In this document: one piece after another, positions 13,701 through 26,776 of the stretch | Layout: each line of letters opens with the position of its first letter | How positions within the stretch are numbered: the stretch's first letter is position 1 | Assembly: GCA_951406725.2 (NCBI GenBank) | Contig: OX597816.1 | Location: forward strand, 79,980,001 to 80,044,000 | From: Octopus vulgaris | Taxonomy: Eukaryota | Direction of reading: 5' to 3' | DNA: 64,000 bases | Translations under genes and position numbers: made by a program | The notes under the pieces: generated by a model | Database searches by the model: none | What the model was told of the DNA's origin: nothing | Seen by the model: the letters and a program-made list of their open reading frames with translations, nothing else

Positions 13701-16379
13701 TACACATGTACGTATATAAGTACACAGAAATGCACTTACACGCGCACGCGCGTGCACACACACACACACACACTCATACATGTGCCACCAATTTACATTT
13801 GTATTTGTATAAATATGTTTATGTGTGTATGTGAATGCATATGTGTGCACCTATTGGGTGTAGGTACAATCGATGAACCTCAGCAATTACTAGTCAAGCA
13901 AATTTAAAATGTCTAACCTTATCACCGCCGATAGCATGAAATAACATAGATGTATATTTAAAGGTCGGTTATTGGTACAAAAATTGCTTCCGCTACTGAC
14001 AATCTGGAATTAGCAAACGAAACATGGTCCCTAGAAATATTTATGATATTGACTCCGTTCTTTCAGATGAGGGAAACGAGTAAAAGAAATATATTGGACT
14101 GCGCGAAAGTGAATTTAAAAAGAAATCGATAACCATCAGTCGTCTTCCAAGCACGTAGACAAAAAGAAAAGCACGACGCTAGCAAACCATATCTGGATCC
14201 TAAAGGATAGAAATAGACTATACATCATGAAGTGAAGCGTTGGGCAGCAGATTTAATGTTATCATCTGGTTTTTAACACTATTATCTGACTGAGGTTTGG
14301 ATGCCTTTAGCAGGCTCCACTCAATTGGAAATAGTCGGAACACTTGCTTATTTTAAGGATACCTTCTTTTTCCCTCTTACAACTCTCAGAGACTCTGTAA
14401 TGTGTCATGGACACAGCCTTTCTTTTTTGAATAAAATATTAAAATAAGTTACCCAATTTGCTAAGCTGAATATGTTCTTACCATGAATCGTGAGCGCCGC
14501 AGAATGTGCCGCCGACTATAGGTAAGCTGTGGCTGAGATGCATTAAATCTGGTGAGAATCAGCTCTATTTACTTACGCTGCTGTTGCTGTTGCTTACTCC
14601 TTGGTCAGCCTTGACCTAGCAGGCCTATGATCAAAGATATCTCGGCCTTGACCATACCATCGTTATTTCAAACAAACTGAATCTAGGTCCACATCATCCA
14701 ATGATACGATGTGGTTTCAAGAATATCTGTTATTACCATTCAAAATGATATAAAAATGAAAACTACCATCTTTTCATCACCTCAAATAGAAAAGATTTTA
14801 TTCCAATCAATGAAGAAACTAACAATTATTAAGAGTAAGTAATACCAGCACTGAATAACTGACAAGTGTTATTGATCTTCTCCAGTACGTAATTTCTTGA
14901 CGATGAATAGGTTTCATTGCTAAAGAAAAAATTATTCTTTCTTCATCATAGGATAAGGAAGTTTCCCTTTCGTTGGGGATTGAAAGAAACTAACAATTTG
15001 TCAAATACTGAGAAGCTGGGATTATACATAACCGACTGGATTTCTCCGCCTAAATCTGTAGTTTTGAGCCTATGTTAGAGATTATTACTCTACAGAGGCG
15101 AAGTGGGTGGAAGGCACAATTGGAAAAGTAGCAGACTGAGTGTTGCAGTATTTAATTACGCTATTTTTCGTTCTCACTTCATATTCCAAGAAGGTTATTT
15201 TTACCTTTCATCTTTCTGGGATTGATATAAAATATGTACCATCAAACACTGGATTCGATATAATCGACTGTCCCTCATCTCTCAAACTTTGCGGCCTTTT
15301 ACCTATGTTAGAAATCAATATTATATGCAGGTGAAATTTTCATTTTGTGTCTCTTTACAACGCAATGTACTATCCGACACACCTCATAATTCCTATCTGG
15401 GTGTTCTCGAGAATGCCCATATAAAGATGAGTAAGACAAAAAGAAAAAAAAATGGAGGAGGAGGAGAGTGCTTCAGCCCTCCCCCTCTCCTCGTTCCTTC
15501 TCATTTCTCACTATATCTGAATACAATCAATTGCACGTTTTGCAAGAGATGTATGTATTTTTAAAGCAAAAATGTTTGATCTTCAAATATATAGTTCAAT
15601 AATGTGACTTTTAAATCGATTGCCAATGGAACTGCAGTTAAATATATAACCCTTCAGAGCATGGATGATATAGCAATTTAAAAGAATATACCTCTACCCC
15701 GACAAACAGTGAAATTGAATCTAACACCAGAGCTATTTTTATTACTCTAAATGACACACGTAGAAATGTTAGACTGAAGGTATTTTATCTATCAGCAGTG
15801 AAAGATTTATTGAGTGACATTATATGGAAACGAACTAACATATGCAAACATCTCCACTTCTCTCCCTCTCTATATACTCACTCACACACCGAAAGAGAAA
15901 GATAAATACACATACATACGTACAAACACACAAAAATCTTTGTGAGTATGTATGTAGAAACTAATGTGTCCAACATATATATAAAGATTTCATGCTGCTA
16001 GCTCCATGCAGAGTTATCGTCAGTAAGTATAGGCATAAGATTATGGGAGGTTTGGAATTATAGTTAATGCACAGAGACATACATAAGCATATAAACATCA
16101 GCATCAACCTCACTACTATTCTTTTAAAAGTGTATATCTAGCTTTGTCGCCTTTTTTTACAGCGTACATTTACTTTCAACATATAGACTCATACACACAT
16201 ACATGCAGTACACATATAGAAACACACATATAAATAGATAAATAGACAAATAGATAGAAAAATACACTGACAGACAAACAATTATAGATGTGTATGTGTG
16301 TGTGTATTCATAAGTCACTTTAATATTTATAGTTTATTTTGGTACAATATTATTTTATTTAGTTTTGCACGGTTTTTGC

Positions 16380-16559
16380 TAAATAAGCACACACTTACAG
16401 ACACACACGGATATATATTTACATATATACGCGCATATATACGTACATACACGCATATATATGCATACATATACATACATATACATATATATATATACAC
16501 AAATAAATATATAGATATACACACACACACATATATATATATATAAAGATACTTATATA

Positions 16560-16611
<52 letters not shown>

Positions 16612-16917
16612 TATATGTATATATGTATATACATATATATGCATATTTATAGACATATACTTATATACATACATAGACATATATATATATACATATATAC
16701 ATATACATATATACCATACATACATATGTATATGCATATATATACATATACATGTATACATATATACATATATACATATATATACACATATATTCATATA
16801 TATATACATATGCATATATACATACATATATATACATATATGTATATATAAATATACATTCATATATATCATATATATACATATATATAGATACACACGT
16901 ACATATGCATACATACA

Positions 16918-16951
<34 letters not shown>

Positions 16952-16970
16952 CATACATATATATATATAT

Positions 16971-17001
<31 letters not shown>

Positions 17002-17100
17002 AATAAATACAGATATACATATAGATGTAAAGACATATATACATAAATATATATACATACATAAATATATATATATGTATGTATATATATATATATTCAT
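16380..17100. repeat. Long degenerate (TA)/(CA)/(TACA) microsatellite field
   Basis: Seen directly. Similar fields at about 12190-12470, 31040-31280, 34670-34960, 37355-37600, 39000-39260, 42640-42900, 47720-48300 and 55530-55850. Confidence 0.95.
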
Positions 17101-17484
17101 TTATTCTTTAATTTGTTTCAGTCATTTGACTACGACCATGCTGAAGCACCGCCTTTAGTCGAACAAATCGACCCCCAGGATTTATTCTTTGTAAGCGTAG
17201 TACTTATTCTATCGGTCTTTTTTCCAGAACCGCTAAGTTACGGGGACGTAAACACACCAGCATCCGATAGTGGGGGAAAACACAGACACACAAACATATA
17301 CACACAGACATATATATATTCGACGGGCTTTTTTCAGTTTCCGTCTACCAAATCTACTCACAAGAATTTGGTCGGCCCGAGGCTATAGTAGAAGACACTT
17401 GCCGAAGGTACCATGCAGTGGCTCTGAACCCGGAACCATGTAGTTGGTAAGCAAGCTACTTACCACACAGCTACTCCTTCGCCC
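17100..17484 (-). mobile_element. SINE family A, full length
   Basis: Collinear with 12470-12876. Confidence 0.85.
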
Positions 17485-18197
17485 CTATATTATATATATA
17501 TAATGCTTATAAACAAGCCAGAAAGCTTTGTAAGTTATGGCGATAAAGCGACTATGGAAGTCTATTAGTACAATAATAAGTATATAATAATATATCATAA
17601 TAATATATATATACTCCGAATTAAAGTGACATTTATATATAAAGAATTGACTGAAAAATGACGAGCTAACTCAAACCAGAATCGGATCCACAAATCAACG
17701 CTTACACGCCTCCTTGCACATCCGATTGGGCCAAACGCTCAGCCATCAATTTATGCCAAATTTTATGAATATATACTTTAACTGTCCAATATTACATATA
17801 GTATGAGTAAATAAGCAGGAAGACATTGAATGTTACGGAGATAAAGCAACTATGGATGTCTATTAGTACTATAATAACAACACAATAATAAATCATAGTA
17901 ATAATATATATACTCATCAAATTTAGCTGAAATTGTTGGGTTGAGCATTTTGCCCAATTGTATGCGCAAGGAGCCATGTGAGCGTTGATTTGTGGGTTCG
18001 ATTCTGGCTTGGGTTAGCTAATCATTTTGTCAGTCATTTATTTATATATAAATGTCGCTTTAAATCGGAGTATATATGTATGTGTGTGTGCCAGATACAC
18101 AGGTGCGCGCGCGCACATACATGTATATAGGCCAGTATAGGCTGTAGAAAACATTATAATAAAAAAGTTTTGGATGTGGATAAATCTCCACTCTCCT

Positions 18198-18566
18198 CTT
18201 CGGAGGGGAACGCAATCCTTCAGGATGTTAATGTACCAGATCACACAGCTAAAGTTGTTACTGAATGGCACGAGCAGCATTGTAACGAAATTGAACAGTC
18301 CCCAGATCTCAATATTATTGAACATTTATGGTGCATTTTAGAAAAACAAGAGAGGAGTCGATATCCTCTGCCATCATCCTTACAAGAACTGGAGACTGTT
18401 TTAGCTGAAGAATGGACATAAATTCCTTTGAAAACAATTCAAACTTTGTATGAGTATATACCTCGTAAAATTCAAGCGGTAATTACTGCCAAAAGCGGTC
18501 CTACCACACATTAAAATAAATTTGTTCGAAATTTTAAGGCGTTTCCATTATTTTGTCCAACCCCTG
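18198..18566 (+). mobile_element. Tc1-family transposon 3' fragment with right TIR
   Basis: LQDVNVPDH...SPDLNIIEHLW. Ends ...TTTTGTCCAACCCCTG|TA. Same family as 1-506. Confidence 0.88.
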
Positions 18567-18568
18567 TA

Positions 18569-18630
<62 letters not shown>

Positions 18631-18644
18631 CATATATGTATATT

Positions 18645-18682
<38 letters not shown>

Positions 18683-18692
18683 TATTTATATA

Positions 18693-18729
<37 letters not shown>

Positions 18730-18802
18730 GGTTCGTTTGAATTTTCGATTTTTCGAATTCTCACTTCGTTCGTCTCCTTCCTCCTTGTCCGTTTTTACAG
18801 TT

Positions 18803-18852
<50 letters not shown>

Positions 18853-18855
<3 letters not shown>

Positions 18856-19675
18856 GGGTGTGGTGAATAAATTGTCTAATTTTCGCAAAAATGAAAATAA
18901 CACTAACATCTCATTTTAACAGACATGTTTATCAAAATTACATAAAAATATGATGAAATACTATAGAGTAAATTCATTCAATAAAATCGCCATTGACTTC
19001 AACAACGGCCTTCCAACGACTTCGGAATCTCCTGCAACACTTGTGGACGGTCTCCTTGTTTAAGGTGGTGAATGCTGCCATAATCATTGACTTCAGTACA
19101 TCTTTGATCTTACAAACCGTTTTGTTGGTCTCTGGTTCAACTGCGATCCATACACAATAATCAAGGGAATTACAGTCTGATGGGTCTAGGGGTTATATGG
19201 TCGCAGAAATTATCTCTGACAGCCATGACTGGGTTCTCCTGCTTGTTTGGCATGGTGCAGAGTTCAATTCTCAGACAAAGGGTCTTCCAGCCGCCACCCA
19301 CTTGATCCAGGGCAGCACTACTTCTTCCTGGCACTTGATGTAGACCTTGAGTCTTTGGCCGTGTGAGAAGATGAATGGAGGCATAACGTCGCTATCACTA
19401 GTGGTGACTCCAAATACAATGATTTTGACTGGATGCTTGATATTTGTCACTCTCGGTACGAGTCCTCAGATTACACTGTTTTCATATTGACACCCAAATA
19501 CACATTGGAGCTTCCAGCGCGAATGCTAAGCAGTACAGCATGTCCTTTCCAAATTTCTGTCGGAGTGAACTGCGTCATGGTGCTGTTTTTTCTCCCAGAC
19601 GGTACCCAGCTGACCCAACTATACTACTAATCAAAGACAAAAATATAAAAATAGCGACAATTTACCCATCGTACA
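18853..19675 (-). mobile_element. maT (DD37D, Tc1/mariner superfamily) internally deleted transposon
   Basis: Collinear with 20937-21605 and 40748-41598. Degenerate TIRs next to TA. Confidence 0.8.
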
Positions 19676-19689
19676 TGTGTGTGTGTATG

Positions 19690-20060
19690 CAATCCTTTTA
19701 CTCGACTAATGCGGAAGGTGAATTTGAAGTATCGGCCTGCTTAACTTGGATCGGACTGATGTCCATATATCGGCCGCACATTTACAAGCAGATACAAGGG
19801 CAAGATTTTTTGGGGAAGCAATTACACATTCCAGTCTCCCTTATCCACACTACTGTCTTCATCCAATACAGATTGACACTCGTTTCATCACCATTGTTAC
19901 AGTTAGTACTCAAAGCAATTCGTCTGACTTCCAAGCTCTTGCCCGAAATTGGAACTATTTATAGACTTCGGTTTTTTTCCTTTATCTCAGAGTGCAGGGT
20001 CGAAGAAACAACGTGAGGCATTCGGTCGAACACTATAACGACCGTGACATTTCACTGCCT
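19690..20060 (-). mobile_element. SINE family B, degenerate
   Basis: Residual similarity to 26777-27015 (TTACTCGAC...GAAGG..AATTTGAA). Confidence 0.4.
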
Positions 20061-20756
20061 TTAATGTTCATGCAGGTATTAATCTTATAATTCTTCTTGA
20101 TAGTCAGCAACTGATCACAGCTAGTGTTTCTTCAATCTGAAGAAAGCGTCTTTGGGATACAATTTCATCATGGTGAGATTGCTATGAAAGATCATCAACG
20201 ATTGCAAGGTCTAGTAATATTTGTAACTTTAGGAGTTTAATTTTTGTGTTGTACATATTTAGCATAATGTGTTGTCTATGACGAGAAATGAAAGTTGGCA
20301 TCATCTACTTAGGACTGTAAGTATTTACACTTAATAACAAGTAGGTGGTAATATACATAAGATATATAAGGGAGAGTGAGAATGACTAATTATATTTGGA
20401 GTATATCACAGTTGATAAACTATAAGGAGAGGAGTCCATAACTTCACGTTTGTAGAAGACTTCCAAAGCAAGAGATAAGATAAATGTGGAGAATATAGTT
20501 TGTTTAGACACTGCTTGATGCTTTACTGACGGTAAGAGTAACATGTTGTCCTGGGAAAGCTCAAGCGAGACAAACCACTGGAGTACGTCGTAGGAGAGCA
20601 AGATTTAGTAGATCTAACAAATAAAAACTTTCGTGGACTGATAGCTATCAAGTGTCCCTAACGATTAATACGTACACACACACATACACACACGCGCACG
20701 CACACACACACACGCACACACACACATACACACAGACACACACACATGCCAGTGCC

Positions 20757-20828
20757 TCCAGAGCGGGAGCAATACTATCAATAATGGCTGAAATTGACCC
20801 TCTGACCGATAACTGGTGACCTGTATTT
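20757..20828 (+). ncRNA. Candidate non-circularly permuted hammerhead (degenerate copy) in a short repeat between (CA)n and (TA)n
   Basis: caa-TA-ctatc-aataa-tgg-ct-GAAA-ttg-accctctgacc-gataa-CTGGTGA-cc has the same C-B-A order and 2-nt insertion as 44537-44607. It carries one core substitution and one stem I mismatch. Confidence 0.55.
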
Positions 20829-20885
20829 TCTGTTCAACTGCGTATTCTGTATATCTTCGTTTCTTTATTTACTACACATTTTTAA

Positions 20886-20936
<51 letters not shown>

Positions 20937-20939
<3 letters not shown>

Positions 20940-21605
20940 TGCCATAATCCTTGCCTCTAGTTTATCTTTGGTCTTACAAAGAGTTTTGTTGGTCTCTCGC
21001 TGAACTGCGACCCACACATAAAAATCAAAAGGGTTGCAGTCTGGGGAGTTAGGTAGCCAGATGTTAGGGGTGATATGGTCGCAGAAATTGTCTCTGACGG
21101 CCATGGCAGGGTCCTTCTGCTTGTGTGGACTGGCGCAGAATCCTGTTCCCAGACACAGGGTATTCCAGCAGCCACCCTCTTGATCCAGAGTAGCACTACT
21201 TCCTCCAGGCACTTGATATAGGCCGCCGTGTTGAGTCTGAAGCCGTGTGAGAAGATGAATAGAGGCATAAAGTCGCCATTACTAGTGATGACTCCAAGTA
21301 CAATGATTTTGACTGGATGCTTGATATTTATCACTCTCGGTACATGTCCTCAGATTGCACTGTCCTCAGATTTAGATCCACACACTCTGAAATGTTCGTA
21401 TGGAAGTATCAGGCCCGAATGCCAAACAGTACAGCATATCGTTTTCAAATTTGTGTCAAAGCGAGTTGTGTCATGGTGTTGTTTTTCTCACAGGTGGTGC
21501 CCAACTGACCCCACTATACTGTGTAGTCGACAAAAGGAAAAACAAACAATGCGCATGCGTGAAATTTAAAATATAAAATGGCAACAATTTACCCATCGAA
21601 TCTGT
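20937..21605 (-). mobile_element. maT (DD37D) internally deleted transposon, 3' end missing
   Basis: WEQDSAPVH and IWLPNSPDCNPFD motifs, with 37 residues between the second and third D when the frames are joined. Left end CAGATTCGATGGGTAAATTG next to TA. Confidence 0.85.
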
Positions 21606-21607
21606 AT

Positions 21608-21644
<37 letters not shown>

Positions 21645-21883
21645 CATATATACATTTTTATCACTTTACTTTTCTCACTCACACACAAGCGAGACATCAC
21701 CCCTCTCTCTCTGTACTGGAACAACTGTGCATCTAGTCTCTCTCTCTCTCTCCTCTCTCTCTTACTTTCTCTCTCCACATTTTTGGTGTTATTTCCAAAT
21801 ATATTTACTTTCTCACTCAAACACGAGCGATACATACTACTCTCCCTCTCTCCCCCCTCTCTCTCTCTCTCCCCTCTCTATCT

Positions 21884-21914
<31 letters not shown>

Positions 21915-22116
21915 GTGTATATATATATATATGTGTGTGTGTGTGTGCAGGAATAAATGTGTATCTAATGTCTTTCTCCCTTTCTCTCTCACATTCTCCA
22001 AATATATATACCCTTTTCCTCTCACTCTTTTTCTCTCCATCACTTTGCTCTTATTTACAAAGATTTTTACTTTCTCACTCACACCCTAACGAGGCATACA
22101 CCTCTCTCTTTCTTTG

Positions 22117-22147
<31 letters not shown>

Positions 22148-22503
22148 GTACTAAAATAAATGTATAGCTGGTCTCTCTCTCTCTCACCCTGTCTCACTTT
22201 CGTCAAGTATATATCCTTTTCCTCCCACTCTTTTGATCGCCACAACTTTGTTCTTATAAAAATTGAATATTAATTTGATTAATATCAATTTAAAACCACT
22301 GGTCTAGCATATTCAAAAATCTGAAGTTTCAGAAAAGTTATATTACATACATATAAAAGGAATGACCTGTAAGTGGACATCCATTATGCTAGAAGAAGAT
22401 CCGTCATGGTCTTACCACTAAGAAAGGAATGTTCTCAAGAAAATTTAGCAAACATCAGAACGTAAGCAAGCAAGACAAATGAAAAAATCCAAAATATAGT
22501 TTA

Positions 22504-22575
22504 ATCACAAACAGGGTTTCGTTGTTAATGCTTACGTAATCATTTACGTAATTATAAGCAACTCGTCAGTGTGAT
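22504..22575 (-). ncRNA. Minimal type-I hammerhead ribozyme
   Basis: Minus strand: atcaca-CTGACGA-gttg...caac-GAAAC-cct-GTT-tgtgat. Confidence 0.75.
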
Positions 22576-22976
22576 CGTCTTTGCAAATATAATTTACAGA
22601 ACTATACACAAGACGTCCGCATGAGCTTGAACATGTATATAGTTCTACCATTTACAATTGGGTCACTTTTCAAAAGTGTTATATAATTTTTCTGAAACTT
22701 CAGGTTTTTAAATATGCTAGACCACTGGTTTTAAATTGATATTAATCAAATTAATATTCAATTTTTCACCCTTATTTCAAATTTAAATAGCTATGCTCTC
22801 TAACCGCAAAATTCACTGCAGAGAATTATTTTCTGCAGAAATATTTCCGGTAGTTTGGCGCGCCAGAACGAAGACTTTTGAAAAGTGACCCAAATTGTAA
22901 TTGGTAGAACTGTATACATATTCAATCTCATGCAGACGTACCGTGTATAGTTCTGCACATTATATTTGCAAAGACG

Positions 22977-23034
22977 ATCACACTGACGAGTTTGCGGATA
23001 ATTAGGTAAATAATTACGAAACCTGGTTTGTGAT
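22977..23034 (+). ncRNA. Minimal type-I hammerhead ribozyme (inverted partner of 22504-22575)
   Basis: atcaca-CTGACGA-gt...ac-GAAAC-ctg-GTT-tgtgat. Confidence 0.7.
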
Positions 23035-23190
23035 TAAACTATATTTTGTATTTTTTCATTTGTCTTGCTCGCTTACGTTCTGGTGTTTGCTAAATTTTCT
23101 TGAGAACATTCCTTTCTTAGTGGTAAGACCATGGTGGATCCACTTCTAGCATAATGGATATCCACTTACAGGTCATACCTTTTATATGTG

Positions 23191-23265
<75 letters not shown>

Positions 23266-23269
<4 letters not shown>

Positions 23270-23414
23270 GTAGCTATGTGGTAAGAAGCTTGATTCCTAA
23301 CAACATAGTTTCGGCTTCAGTCCCACTGCGTGACACGTTGGGAAAATGTCGGGCGGACCAAAGAAATGCGTGGTGGATGTGATAGGCGAAAACTGAAAGA
23401 AAGTCCGTCTTATG

Positions 23415-23453
<39 letters not shown>

Positions 23454-23677
23454 GTCTATGTATATGCATGTATATGTTTGTGTGTCTTTGTTTGTTCCCT
23501 CCACTCTCGCTTAACAACCGATGTTGGTGTGTTTACGCCCCTATAACTTAGTTGTTCTGCAAGTGGTTCCGACAGAATAAGCACTAGGCTTACAAAAAAT
23601 AAGGCTTGTGGTTGATTTGTTCTACTAAAAGGTGGTGCTCCAACATGGCCGCTGTCAATTGACTGAAACAAATAAAA
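23266..23677 (+). mobile_element. SINE family A
   Basis: Head TAGCTATGTGGTAAG...TTCAGTCCC and tail GCTCCAACATGGCCGCTGTCAATTGACTGAAACAA. Confidence 0.8.
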
Positions 23678-23683
23678 AAAATC

Positions 23684-23738
<55 letters not shown>

Positions 23739-23739
<1 letters not shown>

Positions 23740-23950
23740 TTTATTTTAAGCAGCAGAAAATTCAACAAAATCTGTTACTCTGAGTTTCTCGTTGCCGTTC
23801 ATCAGACAGTTTTTCTGATGAACGGCAACGAGAAACTCAGAGTAACAGATTTTGTTGAATTTTCTGCTGCTTAAAATAAAGCATATTACTCTACCACTGG
23901 TATTTGAGTACTCTTTTTTCCACCTTGTTTCATATTTATGTGTTTACTCC

Positions 23951-23952
<2 letters not shown>
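23739..23952. mobile_element. PLE-type terminal fragment with a perfect 68-bp foldback, inserted in (TA)n
   Basis: 23739-23806 is the exact reverse complement of 23814-23881. (TA)n lies on both sides. Confidence 0.7.
23772..23809 (-). ncRNA. Very minimal hammerhead ribozyme (38 nt)
   Basis: Minus strand: ctgt-CTGATGA-a-cg-gcaa-cg-a-GAAAC-tcaga-GTA-acag, with a near-palindromic stem III. Confidence 0.65.
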
Positions 23953-24002
<50 letters not shown>

Positions 24003-24257
24003 CTCACACACATACATATGTTTCCTGGGCTGAACGAAACAGTAACAATCGTCCGTTCCAGGACAGCCACATTATGTTGGTAAATAGTCTTTGCTTTACA
24101 CACACGCTCACACACACACACATACACACACGTATATAGAGAGAGATAGAGAGAGGAGGGAGGGGGAGAGAGAGAATATGAATGAACTTATATATCAATA
24201 GATTAATCAATCAATCGATCAATTATCTACGCTACTTCATCAATATCCCACTTATTG

Positions 24258-24320
<63 letters not shown>

Positions 24321-25564
24321 CACACATATATATATATAACAAGAAGTGGGATATTGATGAAGTAGCGTAGATAATTGATCGATTGATTGATTAATCTATT
24401 GATTTATTGACTCATTTTTATTCTGTATGAACGAGACGTGAGACTGGCAATAATCAATTTGAAAGACAGGTGTAGAGGATTTATTTAATGATAATTAGCG
24501 AATAGTTATAATTCTCATTAATCTTTTTAACTCAGTCTGTTCTATTGCATAGCTTGCTTATCTGCGGCCATTTCTTTTATATCTACGCGTGCGCGCACGC
24601 CCACACGCACGCACATACACACTTATACATACACACACATGTACATACACACACATATACTTACACATACATATACATACATTCAAACATGCATAAATAG
24701 TACATACATAAATACATACATACATACATACATACATACATACATACATACATACATAAACACATACATACATAGTGCATCAGGTTGTGTACCAACAAAT
24801 TTGCGCAAAAACCTAGAAATACTCAGTTTTACAGAGAAATAGCAAAAGAAACTAATGCAGATTCTCCAAATCCAATTTATTGGTGGCACCGTGAATATGT
24901 GTAAGACATTCCAGAAAGTTTTCATATGAGATTCTTATCTGAATAGATGTACACACTTGGGTGTATGCATCGACAATTCAAACAACACACCAACTCAGTA
25001 AGATATTTACAAACACGGGAACTCTCTTAACTCAAAATTCTTGTTGCTTTGTTAGCGACTAGCTTGAACTCTATTCAGAAGAACTTAAATTAAGCTCAAG
25101 GAAAAATCATACATACATACCAGCATAATACAAACATTCATACATACATAACACATACATACATACATACATACATACATACATACATACATACATACAT
25201 ACATACATACATACATACATGAAATCAACCGACTCGCACATTGCAATACATTCTGTAAACAGAACAGTAAAACAATGCTAAACTTTTAGGTTTAAAATGA
25301 GACATTATTTTCGTAAACTACATTACAATGGTTGAACTTTGTGTCTTTGTTAGAAACCAGCTTCTTATTCAAAGGAAGAATTCAAATGATTAAAAGCTAA
25401 AAAGAACATTCTTATGTGTGTGTCGTAATCAAATAGTTGTACAGTATGCTGATAATATATTCTACATTCTACAAAATATTATTTAGTATAGAAGTCAATA
25501 TTTTGAGTAGATCATCAACTTTTAATATAATAATTATGCGTGTATTTTGTGTGTTTGTGTGTGT

Positions 25565-26530
25565 GTCTCGAAAACAATACGTTCCTTTTCAATGGAAAAA
25601 TCTACCTCCAAATTCGAGGCACAATAATGGGTATGCGATTTGCTCCAGTTTTCGCGAACTCAGTATAGGGATACTTGGAACAAAACCTATATTAAAAAAA
25701 TTGAAGAGAACTACAGCATGACCTTTAAAAGACATGTAGAGGACACATGGAAAAGATACCTCGATGATTGTCTCCTAATTTGGACCAAATCCCTAGAAAA
25801 TCTGGAATAATTTAGCACCCTCCTCACTAATCTACACCCTAGTCTTAAATTCACAAGAGAAATGTGCAACACACAATTACCATTTCTTGACATAATGGTA
25901 ATTAAAACAACAACACAATAACAACCGATATTTATTATAAAAGCACAGATACACACCAGTACCTAAATTTCAAATCATGCCACCCAGCACACACAAAGCG
26001 CAACCTCCCATACTGTCTAGCCAGGAAAATTTGTACTATAGTCGATGATCCAAATATCAGAAACACACCACTTATAGAACTCAAAGGATTCCTGCTCATG
26101 CAAAATTACCCTTTCCTACTTCTAGAAAATAACACACACCTACAATATAACTTAGAGCAGCATGAAAAAGGCAAACCCATCAAAAGCATATAATACCATT
26201 TCTAGTAACACAATCCGAATCGCCAAAACATTTTTAACATCATCAAAACAAATTTGCCAATCATAAAACAAAGTGAAAAATTAAAAGACATAATGACTAA
26301 TCAAACTCTTATCTTAAGCAAAAGGCAACCACATAACCTAAAGAAACTATTAACAAAGGCAAAATTCAGCATGAACAAACGGGATAACACATTAACAGTA
26401 TCCAAGTGTAATGATAACAGCTGTGGTAGATCCATTAGAACAAAAAATGGACAGACTTTCGCAAATGCAGATATGAAGTGCAAAAGCAGAAATTTGATCT
26501 CCACAAACTACATGACGCAAGTGTGGTTGG
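25565..26530 (+). mobile_element. Penelope-like element RT/linker pseudogene
   Basis: Across frames: LENNTFLFNG..YLQIRGTIMG.RFAP.FAN, WKRYLDDCLLIW, LPFLDI, TDIYYKSTDTHQYLNFKSCHP, SKRQPHNLKKLLTKAK. Many stops and frameshifts. Confidence 0.85.
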
Positions 26531-26776
26531 AAGAAAGATAAAAAAAAAAACGATATATTAAAATGTTTAAACCTGTTCTGAATTGAAATAACAGCAATAA
26601 TATAACAACCAGTTAATGATGTGGATTAAATAAATATAAGTTACAGAATATTGGTACTCCTGGAAAAACCGTGATGTTTAAGAGCATGCGGATTGATCAA
26701 AATGGTATTCTAAAAATTCAGTTTGTTGGAGTGTTCTAGAGAGGTACTAATGTTGCCAAGAACTCAACTGTCAGTT

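Larger units (their letters stand above)
22258..23189. mobile_element. PLE-type terminal (pseudo-LTR) fragments forming interleaved inverted repeats A-B-A'-C-B'
   Basis: A 22258-22343 pairs with A' 22681-22766. B 22349-22677 pairs with B' 22874-23189. B and B' each contain a hammerhead. The block ends at (TA)n. Confidence 0.7.

Noticed and set aside
14800-15440. Possible piggyBac transposase relic (YNPSFSVFDKLLVSF, minus strand)
   Set aside because: Only one short degenerate motif, and no termini were identified.
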